NCBI GenBank assembly: GCA_009783195.1
Contig: WRHP01000004.1
Location: 1-61,733, forward strand
Direction of reading: 5' to 3'
DNA length: 61,733 nt
Source of the DNA: Syntrophorhabdaceae bacterium
Lineage (GTDB): Bacteria; Desulfobacterota; Deferrimicrobia; Deferrimicrobiales; Deferrimicrobiaceae
Program-made: the position numbers and the translations under genes
Shown here: one piece after another, positions 54,318 through 61,733 of the stretch
Layout of the letters: every line of letters starts with the position of its first letter
Position numbering within the stretch: the stretch's first letter is position 1
The notes under the pieces: generated by a model
Database searches by the model: none
What the model was told of the DNA's origin: nothing
Seen by the model: the letters and a program-made list of their open reading frames with translations, nothing else

Positions 54318-55412
54318 ATGGCTGTAGATGACGAAAAAGCGCTTGCTATTGCATATCAAGTGCTTGAGTATGTAGAACAGTTGCAAATTTCCGCAAAAGC
54401 TCCAGAGATACCGAAGCTATTTGCGGACGACCTTAGGTTTGTAAAATATCACGAAAATAGCGTTAAACTGCGCAATGTTATCAATGCCTTTGCCAAAGGC
54501 GATCTCTCTGTTGCTATAAGCACGAAAGGTTTTGTTGCCGGCGCTTGCAAAGCTTTGCAGGCGAATTTACGCCACATGACTTGGGTCATACAGCAAATCG
54601 AAGGAGGCGACTATTCGCAGCGGATTGATTTTTTAGGTGATTTTTCGAAATCGTTTAACAACATGGCAGTAAAACTGAAAACAACCATAGACGATCTGCA
54701 ACAGAAAGAAGAAGCTTTGACCGCGCTGGCCGTATCTTTACAAGAAGAAGCTAAAAGGCGCAGCGCCGCGTTGGTTGAATTGAAAAAGAGCGAGCAAAGA
54801 TTCAAAATGCTTGCCGATTACGATTCGCTTACAAACCTGCTCAACAGACGCGCCTTTTTTTCTTATGCCGAAATGAAAGTAGAAAACGCAAACTCCCTGA
54901 AACAGCCGTGTTGCGTGTGCCTGCTTGATGTGGACCATTTCAAGATCTTTAATGACACTTACGGACACGTAGAAGGCGACCGGGCATTGCAGCATGTGGC
55001 GCATATCTGCCAGCGCAATCTGCGCCAGACCGACATAATGGGACGCTATGGCGGCGAGGAGTTTATAATCCTGCTTTCCATGGGGGAGGAACAAAGCTAC
55101 GAAACGGTTGAGCGCCTTCGGCAGGCAATGGAAGAGAATCCTTTTCTCCTGAAAAATGACGAAACAACGTCGCTGACCGCAAGTTTCGGGATAGCGGTTA
55201 TTTTGCCCGGCGAGAAAAGCGATCACGCCAACAAACTTCGTTTGGCAATTGCCCAGGCGGATGCGGCGCTTTATATAGCCAAAGCGGGCGGGAGAAACAG
55301 GCTATACCTTGCCCCGCCTAATACGGCTACGGCAGAGGGGGGAAACCGATTGGGCCTTACTCCGCCCGAGAAACAGGCAACGACTTCCACCGAAACCATC
55401 AAAACGGTGTGA
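54318..55412 (+). CDS. diguanylate cyclase (HAMP-like/coiled-coil N-terminus plus GGDEF domain)
   Basis: DSLTNLLNRRAF, DVDHFKIFNDTYGH and RYGGEEF active-site motif. 15 nt after the peroxiredoxin stop. Confidence 0.85.
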   Translation: MAVDDEKALAIAYQVLEYVEQLQISAKAPEIPKLFADDLRFVKYHENSVKLRNVINAFAKGDLSVAISTKGFVAGACKALQANLRHMTWVIQQIEGGDYSQRIDFLGDFSKSFNNMAVKLKTTIDDLQQKEEALTALAVSLQEEAKRRSAALVELKKSEQRFKMLADYDSLTNLLNRRAFFSYAEMKVENANSLKQPCCVCLLDVDHFKIFNDTYGHVEGDRALQHVAHICQRNLRQTDIMGRYGGEEFIILLSMGEEQSYETVERLRQAMEENPFLLKNDETTSLTASFGIAVILPGEKSDHANKLRLAIAQADAALYIAKAGGRNRLYLAPPNTATAEGGNRLGLTPPEKQATTSTETIKTV

Positions 55413-55660
55413 TTCAGGTTTTGAATACGGGCTGGGACCAGAATCTCTTATTGCTGATGAAGAAGAGATAAACGGCGTCCATACTTCTGATAACCGAAAA
55501 CTGATAGCTGAAAACTGATCTATGCCGCGCGTCCAGGTCAGGCCGGACAGGTATAATATTTTTTCGACGGGGTATTTTGTGAGGCGAACTGGTTTTTTGC
55601 GGGAAGGCCGCGCCGGATACCGCAGTGGTTCTTCAAGGATTTTTGGTCCGCCGGGTTTGT

Positions 55661-56137
55661 TTAATTGAACGGGATCTTTTTTCTGCGGATAAAGTCCAAC
55701 GGGTCGAAAGTGCCGGTTTTGGAGAAAGGTATTCTCACAATGCCGATCAATGGCGCTTCAACTTCGATAGAGCCGTTGAATCCATAAGGAACGGCGCGTG
55801 CTTCGATGACCTCATGCAGCGCTGACGTAAGAGCGCCGGGGTTCAGGGTAACGGGCACTATAACGATTGTTTCCCGTGATGGTTCGAGGCGGAGCTGCTC
55901 GTTTTGTTCTACGCTTGCCAACTCCCGGTTGCCGATAGTTACCGAATATGCGGCTCGTGAGACGTTCAAAGCGTAAGAATTCTGGTTGATGACCTCTATA
56001 TGGAGGACGACCTCCGTCGGGTCTTTCGTCAAAAATGGATTCGCGGATAGCTTCACCGATACGACGCGCACTTTAGGGCTCTTGAAGGCTTCCCGCACCA
56101 GCATGCGGCAAGAAGGGGCAGCAAGAAGAAGCACCAA
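55661..56137 (-). CDS. LEA_2/WHy-domain (LEA14-like) lipoprotein. The start codon is uncertain.
   Basis: LLLVLLLAAPSC lipobox-like segment, then SPKVRVVSVKL..EVVLHIEVINQNSYALNV..Y.V.IG....., a WHy/LEA_2 pattern. There is no ATG upstream of the signal peptide: TTG at 56137, or ATG at 56104 which would remove it. Confidence 0.5.
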   Translation of the reverse strand: MVLLLAAPSCRMLVREAFKSPKVRVVSVKLSANPFLTKDPTEVVLHIEVINQNSYALNVSRAAYSVTIGNRELASVEQNEQLRLEPSRETIVIVPVTLNPGALTSALHEVIEARAVPYGFNGSIEVEAPLIGIVRIPFSKTGTFDPLDFIRRKKIPFN

Positions 56138-56159
56138 CAGAAGAAGAGGAACAAACCGC

Positions 56160-57758
56160 GTGGCGGTCCGTATTTCCGATGTGCGAGTTGATTTTGGGTT
56201 GCCGGAAAGCGCCCTGTTCGATCGCATAAAAACAATTATAGGCGTTCCTGCTGACGGAGTGGAGCGGTTTTCCATCGTCCGCAGAGGAATTGACGCCCGC
56301 GGAAAAGGGGCGCCGCGGAGAGTGTATACGGTGGAATGCGCTCTCCGGTCATCCGAGGACGAGGAGGCGGTTTGCGCCCGTGTCCCAAACGCCCGCAGGT
56401 ACGAGCCTCCCCCAAATCCGTTTCCACGGTTTCCGGCGCGTAAGCCTTCCTTGCCCCCGGTGGTCGTGGGAATGGGGCCGGCGGGAATGTTTGCCGCGTT
56501 GACCCTGGCGCGGTTTGGGATGCCGCCGGTGCTGCTTGAGCGCGGCCGGCCGGTTGAGGAGCGCGAAAGGGACGTGGCCCGGTTTTGGAAAGAAGGGACG
56601 CTTGACCCTGAAAGCAATGTGCAGTTTGGCGAAGGCGGCGCGGGAACTTTTTCTGACGGAAAACTCACCACCAGGATTGGCGATTCTCTTGTGGAGCATG
56701 TAATTTCCACTTTCGCGGACAAGGCGGGGATTTCCAGCCTTGGGTTAGACGCAAAGCCTCATGTTGGGACTGACCGCCTTGCCGGTTTTTGCCGTTGTAT
56801 GCGGGAGGAGCTGCGGTCACTTGGGGCTGTTATACGTTTTGGCGCCCGTGTCGAGGAGCTGAAGGTGGAAGGCGGCGCGGTGCGGGGAGTGCGGCTTGCC
56901 GGAGGAGAGGAGATAGACGCGCCAGTCGTGGTTCTGGCGATTGGTCACTCCGCCAGGGACACCATTCGCGGATTGCATGGGCAAGGAATTCTCATGACGC
57001 CAAAGGCGTTTGCCGTGGGGTTACGGGTGGAGCATCCGCAGGGACTGATCGACCGGATCCAGTATGGCGGGTACGCCGGGAAGGGGCTTCCCGGAGCGGA
57101 TTATAGCCTTAAGGCGAAAACGCCCGGCGGTCGCGGGATCTACTCTTTCTGCATGTGCCCCGGCGGCGAGGTGGTAAACGCGGCTTCGGGAGACGGGCAG
57201 GCTGTGGTGAACGGGATGAGCGGGCGGAGCCGGGATTCCGGTTTTGCCAACAGCGGAATTGTGGCGGCGGTTACGCCGGCGGATTTCTTTGGGAGCGAAG
57301 CGCCGCAAGGATGCCCCCTTGCGGGGATCGCTTTTCAGGAAGAGATCGAGCGGCGCGCGTTTGAGCGCGGAGAAAGAGGCGGCTTGCCGTCGGCCAACCT
57401 TCTTTCCTTTGTTTATGGAAGAAAGGTTTCGCCTTTTCCGGCCAGGGTACGCGCATCCAAAACGACGCATGACACGCTATGCGGGATACTTCCTTCCCAT
57501 CTGGAAGAGGAGCTTCGGTTTGGATTTTTGCGTTTTGGAGAGACTATGCGCGGTTTTTTGACAAAGGAAGCTACGCTCTATGCCGTGGAGTCGCGGAGTT
57601 CTTCTCCGGTACGCATTGAGCGGGTGAATTACGAGTCGGTCTCATGCAAAGGGTTGTATCCTGTTGGAGAAGGCGCGGGGCACGCCGGAGGGATAGTTTC
57701 GTCAGCGGTTGACGGAATACGGGCGGCTCTTCGCGTACTCGAACTGTATTCAGAATAG
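56160..57758 (+). CDS. FAD-dependent oxidoreductase (COG2509-like uncharacterised dehydrogenase)
   Basis: GTG start gives MAVRISDVRVDFGLPE.. The FAD fold is VVVGMGPAGMFAALTLA. Typical N-terminal domain ending in IDARGK. Confidence 0.75.
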   Translation: MAVRISDVRVDFGLPESALFDRIKTIIGVPADGVERFSIVRRGIDARGKGAPRRVYTVECALRSSEDEEAVCARVPNARRYEPPPNPFPRFPARKPSLPPVVVGMGPAGMFAALTLARFGMPPVLLERGRPVEERERDVARFWKEGTLDPESNVQFGEGGAGTFSDGKLTTRIGDSLVEHVISTFADKAGISSLGLDAKPHVGTDRLAGFCRCMREELRSLGAVIRFGARVEELKVEGGAVRGVRLAGGEEIDAPVVVLAIGHSARDTIRGLHGQGILMTPKAFAVGLRVEHPQGLIDRIQYGGYAGKGLPGADYSLKAKTPGGRGIYSFCMCPGGEVVNAASGDGQAVVNGMSGRSRDSGFANSGIVAAVTPADFFGSEAPQGCPLAGIAFQEEIERRAFERGERGGLPSANLLSFVYGRKVSPFPARVRASKTTHDTLCGILPSHLEEELRFGFLRFGETMRGFLTKEATLYAVESRSSSPVRIERVNYESVSCKGLYPVGEGAGHAGGIVSSAVDGIRAALRVLELYSE

Positions 57759-57776
57759 AAAGCCGAGGATGTTTGC

Positions 57777-58778
57777 ATGCAAAAGAAAAAGTTCGTAAAG
57801 GATATAAAGGAAGGGGAACTGGTTCGGGAATTGTTCCTTGTCGCGGGCAAAGCGCAGCTTACCAGCAATACCGGCAAAGCCTATTTGAGCGTACAGTTGC
57901 GCGACAGAACAGGAACCATCGAAGCAAGGGTATGGGATCGGGCGGAGGAGATCGGGAAACGGTTCCAGCGTGACGACGTAGTGGAAGTGAGCGGGAGCGC
58001 GATTTCGTATCAGGGGCGTGTTCAGCTCAAGATCCACGATGTGCGCCTGTATGAGGGGCCAAAGGAGCTCTCCGATTACCTGCCGGCTTCCCGTAAGGAG
58101 GTTGAGCAGCTCTGGGGGCTTTTGCGCGGATACGTGGAGGATGTCAAGGATACGGATTACAAGCGGCTTCTTTCGGCTGTGTTTCTCGATCCGGGCGCCG
58201 CTGAAATGGCTGGTTGTTTCCGCCGGGCGCCGGGAGGCAAAACGATGCACCACGATTACGTCGGAGGTCTCCTGGAGCATACGGTGTCGGTCGTTGGCGT
58301 CTGCCGCTTTCTGTCATCCCACTACGAAGGGGTAAACGCCGATCTGTTGATGACAGGCGCTCTGCTGCACGACTTGGGGAAAGTGAAAGAGCTTTCGTAC
58401 GAGGGCTCTTTCGACTATACGGATGAGGGACGGCTTCTGGGTCATATATATATAGGAGCGGAGTTTGTTGACAAAGTTTGCAACTCCCTTTCCGGGTTTT
58501 CGTCCGAAAAGGCGATGCTGGTAAAGCATATGATCCTTTCCCACCACGGAGAGCTTGAATACGGGTCGCCAAAGCGTCCAAAGACGATCGAAGCGGTACT
58601 GCTCCATTTTGCGGAGAATATGGACGCCAAGGTGACGGCGTTCAGCGATGCTATAGAGGATATTCCGAAAGGGGCTCGCTGGACCGACTACCAACGGATG
58701 TTCGAGCGGTATCTCTTTTCGGGAAAGTTTTTTTGCGGCGAGCATGCGAAGGCTCCTTCGGAACAGGGGAAAGAATAA
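57777..58778 (+). CDS. OB-fold plus HD-domain 3'-5' exoribonuclease, YhaM-like
   Basis: N-terminal OB fold (YLSVQLRDRTGTIEARVW) and HD domain (HHDYVGGLLEHT..LLHDLGK). Confidence 0.75.
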   Translation: MQKKKFVKDIKEGELVRELFLVAGKAQLTSNTGKAYLSVQLRDRTGTIEARVWDRAEEIGKRFQRDDVVEVSGSAISYQGRVQLKIHDVRLYEGPKELSDYLPASRKEVEQLWGLLRGYVEDVKDTDYKRLLSAVFLDPGAAEMAGCFRRAPGGKTMHHDYVGGLLEHTVSVVGVCRFLSSHYEGVNADLLMTGALLHDLGKVKELSYEGSFDYTDEGRLLGHIYIGAEFVDKVCNSLSGFSSEKAMLVKHMILSHHGELEYGSPKRPKTIEAVLLHFAENMDAKVTAFSDAIEDIPKGARWTDYQRMFERYLFSGKFFCGEHAKAPSEQGKE

Positions 58779-58784
58779 TTCGCA

Positions 58785-59930
58785 ATGGAGAGTTGGGAGA
58801 AATTTCTCGAGGAGCGGGAGCAGGCGCGGCTTATCCGGCGGCTTTCTCCCTCCGAGGAGCGGCGTCCGGGGATCGTTGTGCGGGAGGGCAAGGAGTTTGT
58901 GGATTTTTCGTCAAACGACTACCTTGGCCTGTCGTCCCACCCCGCTGTGGTTGCCGCGGCAAGAGATGCTTTGGAGCGGTACGGGGTGGGGGCGGGAGCG
59001 TCGCGCTTGATGAGCGGGAGTCTTTCCATCCACCACGAGCTGGAGGAAGAGATTGCCGCGTTCAAGGGAACGGAACGCGCCCTGGTCTTCAATTCCGGAT
59101 ACCACGCAAACATCGGTATTGTCCCGGCGCTTTTCGGGAGGCATGATCTTGTCGTCGCCGACGTTTTAAGCCATGCCAGCCAACTGGACGGCGCGCTTTT
59201 GTCTCGCGCCAAGCTTATACGTTTTCGCCACAACGACCCGGAGCACCTGTTGGTTTTGCTTGATAAATACCGGGACAAGTTCCGTAAATGCCTGGTGATG
59301 ACCGAGAGCGTATTCAGTATGGACGGCGATCTTGCCCCGTTGCGTGATCTGCTTGAAATCTGCCGCCGCCGGCGTTGTTTGTTAATGGTGGATGAGGCGC
59401 ATGCCACCGGGGTCTTCGGCGCAAAAGGAAAGGGGCGCGTGGAGGCCGAAGGGTTAGCGGGGGAGGTCGATTTGGTGATGGGGACATTCAGTAAGGCGCT
59501 TGGTGGTTTCGGCGCTTATCTTGCCGCCTCCAGGGTGATAGTGGAGTTTTTGGTGAACTCGGCGCGCAGTTTCATCTATTCTACGGCTCTACCCGCCGCG
59601 GTGATTGCCGCCAACCTGGCTGCCTTGCGGCTGTGTCTTGCCGGAGAAACGCGTGGCGGCGAGTTGTTGCGGCGGTCGTCGGAATTAAGGGAAAAACTGC
59701 GCGAAATGGGCTGGACCGTCGGCGGCGACAGCCAGATCGTTCCGGTGATGATAGGAGAAAGCGGCCGCGCTGTCGCGCTGTCGGATTCTCTGGCCGGACG
59801 CGGTTTTCTGGTGTTGCCGGTGCGTCCACCGACAGTGCCGGAAGGATCGGCGCGCCTGCGCTTTTCTGTGACGACCGCTCACGCGAATTCTCAGATAAAT
59901 GGACTTTTGTATGCAATCAGCGCCGCATAA
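58785..59930 (+). CDS. bioF: 8-amino-7-oxononanoate synthase
   Basis: NDYLGL, DEAHATG and the PLP lysine motif GTFSKALG. Confidence 0.9.
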   Translation: MESWEKFLEEREQARLIRRLSPSEERRPGIVVREGKEFVDFSSNDYLGLSSHPAVVAAARDALERYGVGAGASRLMSGSLSIHHELEEEIAAFKGTERALVFNSGYHANIGIVPALFGRHDLVVADVLSHASQLDGALLSRAKLIRFRHNDPEHLLVLLDKYRDKFRKCLVMTESVFSMDGDLAPLRDLLEICRRRRCLLMVDEAHATGVFGAKGKGRVEAEGLAGEVDLVMGTFSKALGGFGAYLAASRVIVEFLVNSARSFIYSTALPAAVIAANLAALRLCLAGETRGGELLRRSSELREKLREMGWTVGGDSQIVPVMIGESGRAVALSDSLAGRGFLVLPVRPPTVPEGSARLRFSVTTAHANSQINGLLYAISAA

Positions 59931-60606
59931 AGAATTTGATGTTGCCGCCGGGACTGTTCCTTCCATGGTCCTGCTTCCCGGATGGGCGACAGACAGCCGC
60001 ATATTCGACGGCCTCTTTCCTGGTGTTTCAGCCGTGCGGGTTTTGGGGGCATTGCGCGTTGAGGGGTTTGCGGACAGGCTTGCGGCGTTTCTGGATACTG
60101 CCGCCCGCGGCCCCGTGACTATCGTCGGGTGGTCTCTGGGCGGGTTTCTCGCGGCGGAGTTTGCCGGGAAATATCCGTCGCATGTGCGGGATCTCGCGCT
60201 GATTGGCATCCGGCGTCGGTATCCGCTCTCCGATGTGGAACTGGTCCGGTCCGCGCTACTGCGCGACCAGCGTACGTGCCTGTCCGATTTCTACATGCAT
60301 TGCTTTTTCCCTTCCCGCATGAAAGAATGCCGACTGTTCCGCTGTGGGTTGCAAGAAGAATATATCAGGACGATGGATAAGGACACGCTTTTGTCCGGCC
60401 TTGACTACTTGGAACACGTTGATTTTCCGGCAGATTCCATTTCTTCCCGCCAGGTGAGAATTATCCATGGAGAAAAAGATGTTGTGGCTCCCGTGGACGA
60501 AGCTAAAAAACTGGCTAGCGCAATAGACGCCGCGACGTTTTGCCTGCTTCCGGGAGCGCCGCACGCGGCATTTCTGGATAGCGGTTTTTCTGTATCTGAT
60601 GAGTGA
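59911..60606 (+). CDS. bioH: pimeloyl-ACP methyl ester esterase (BioH-like alpha/beta hydrolase)
   Basis: LLPGWATD.., nucleophile GWSLGG, position between bioF and bioC. Start at ATG 59911 overlaps the bioF end. Confidence 0.7.
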   Translation: MQSAPHKEFDVAAGTVPSMVLLPGWATDSRIFDGLFPGVSAVRVLGALRVEGFADRLAAFLDTAARGPVTIVGWSLGGFLAAEFAGKYPSHVRDLALIGIRRRYPLSDVELVRSALLRDQRTCLSDFYMHCFFPSRMKECRLFRCGLQEEYIRTMDKDTLLSGLDYLEHVDFPADSISSRQVRIIHGEKDVVAPVDEAKKLASAIDAATFCLLPGAPHAAFLDSGFSVSDE

Positions 60607-61363
60607 ACGCCTGACCCGCTATGAAGAGTATGCCCACGTTCAGCGGCTGTCGGCTGTGGATCTTCTGGAATTTACCCGCAAAGGATTGAATGAAGGAAGG
60701 ATTGGAAAAATCCTTGAGCCGGGATGCGGCACGGGTCTTTATACAAGGGAGCTTATCGACGCTTTCCCGCATGCGACCATCGAAGGAATCGACATTTCCG
60801 AGACTATGGTCAGGCAGGCCAGAGAGCGTACCGTTGGTTCGCAAGCGTATTTTCGGACAGCCAACGCCGAAGAGGTTGTTTCCGGGGAATACGACCTGAT
60901 TACATCAAACGCCACTTTCCAGTGGTTTCATTCGTTTGATCGCACCATTCAAAGGATGAGTTCGATACTGCATAAAGCTGGTTCTCTCACGTTTACCTAT
61001 TTTGGTCCCAAAACGTTTGCCGAGCTTGACGATGCGCTTTTGGATACGCGGGAGGATGGGGAAACGGAACGGACGGCGGCATCCCGGTTTCTTTCCAGAG
61101 ATAAGGTCGAGGCGTCGCTTTCGGCTGTTTTTTCCGAAACAGAGGTTACGGAGCAAACGTATCAACAGGAGTTCAACGATCTTTCCGAACTCTTAAGGAG
61201 CATAAGACACACTGGCACCGGAGGCGGCGGTTTGCGAAAGGGCTGGAGCGCCGGGCGGCTCTCGCGGGTGGAACGTGCCTACCGGGAGCGGTTTGGCGGG
61301 ATTCGGGCGACCTACCAGGTATTTTTCTGCCGCGGCGCAGGTTTTAAGGGAGAAGTTGAATGA
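60599..61363 (+). CDS. bioC: malonyl-ACP O-methyltransferase
   Basis: SAM motif ILEPGCGTGLYT and NATFQW. Operon context supports the call. Confidence 0.85.
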   Translation: MSERLTRYEEYAHVQRLSAVDLLEFTRKGLNEGRIGKILEPGCGTGLYTRELIDAFPHATIEGIDISETMVRQARERTVGSQAYFRTANAEEVVSGEYDLITSNATFQWFHSFDRTIQRMSSILHKAGSLTFTYFGPKTFAELDDALLDTREDGETERTAASRFLSRDKVEASLSAVFSETEVTEQTYQQEFNDLSELLRSIRHTGTGGGGLRKGWSAGRLSRVERAYRERFGGIRATYQVFFCRGAGFKGEVE

Positions 61364-61733
61364 GAGGGGTTTTTATCACCGGGACCGATACATCAGTGGG
61401 AAAGACAATAGTCTGCGGACTGCTGGCGGGTTTTTTACGCGAGAGCGGCGTTAACGCGATTACCCAGAAGTGGGTTCAGACGGGGGAAGACGGGCGGCAT
61501 GCCGACCTGGGAATGCACCGCCGGCTTATGGGGCTGCCGGAGGATGTGCCGGAAGACGCCCTGAAGGATCTTTGTCCGTACAGGTTTGCTTATCCCTCCT
61601 CGCCTCATCTGGCCGCAAAGCGCGAGGGCAAGGTCGTGGACCCCGCTGTGATCGAGGCGGCATACCGACGGCTTGAATCAGCCCACGACATCATTCTGGT
61701 CGAGGGATCGGGCGGAATCCTCGTTCCGCTGGC
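61360..61733 (+). CDS. bioD: dethiobiotin synthase, N-terminal part (runs off the right edge)
   Basis: MRGVFITGTDTSVGKT (P-loop)..SPHLAA..ILVEGSGG. ATGA overlap with bioC. Not in the ORF track because it has no stop. Confidence 0.88.
   Translation, partial: MRGVFITGTDTSVGKTIVCGLLAGFLRESGVNAITQKWVQTGEDGRHADLGMHRRLMGLPEDVPEDALKDLCPYRFAYPSSPHLAAKREGKVVDPAVIEAAYRRLESAHDIILVEGSGGILVPL

Noticed and set aside
56138-56722. N-terminal ~195 codons of the 353-aa minus-strand ORF.
   Set aside because: This part is antisense to the FAD-dependent oxidoreductase and is Ser/Pro/Arg/Gly-rich. Only the C-terminal ~150 aa show the LEA_2/WHy pattern.

Overview
This is a gene-dense 61.7-kb chromosomal segment. 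By eye it is moderately GC-rich, with three short AT-rich islets at about 250-1205, 44560-45540 and 50000-50850. I can support roughly 60 protein-coding genes. I found no rRNA, tRNA, CRISPR array, transposase or integrase. Left to right: (1) A surface-polysaccharide locus: a glycosyltransferase tail, an FkbM methyltransferase cassette, a priming sugar transferase, an SDR, an FKBP isomerase, a YjbH/GfcD-like plus GfcC-like secretion pair with a Pro/Thr-repeat protein, ugd, rfbC/rfbD/rfbB and a second nucleotide-sugar dehydrogenase. (2) ald. (3) A ttuB-ttuA-trmI tRNA T-loop modification operon, a GLUG-repeat lipoprotein and a deoxyhypusine-synthase-like gene, separated by two unusually long non-coding regions that share sequence motifs. 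(4) A DnaQ-like exonuclease, an SDR, and a rubredoxin (missing from the ORF track) followed by a flavodiiron protein. (5) A full phosphate block (pstSCAB-phoU, phoBR-like, DUF47-PiT) with a tetraheme cytochrome c3 gene embedded. (6) A GH57 enzyme, a FadL-like porin, LemA plus an M48 protease, and a U32-family protein tightly coupled to an EF-G paralogue. (7) An AT-rich islet with decayed or orphan polymorphic-toxin immunity genes. (8) Housekeeping genes: murJ, csp, secG-tpiA-gap, peroxiredoxin-GGDEF, a YhaM-like gene and bioF-bioH-bioC-bioD. The gene content (cytochrome c3, rubredoxin/FDP, TtuA/TtuB, GH57) suggests an anaerobic, sulfate-reducer-like bacterium, but that is inference only. The most interesting unexplained signal is the pair of roughly 400-475 nt related leaders that flank the lipoprotein gene and face outward into the tRNA-thiolation operon and the DHS-like gene, together with an orphan intrinsic terminator between them. 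Other leads are the FkbM cassette bounded by a duplicated gene end, the U32/EF-G pair and the orphan immunity islet. All family assignments come from motif recognition by eye; no database search was run.
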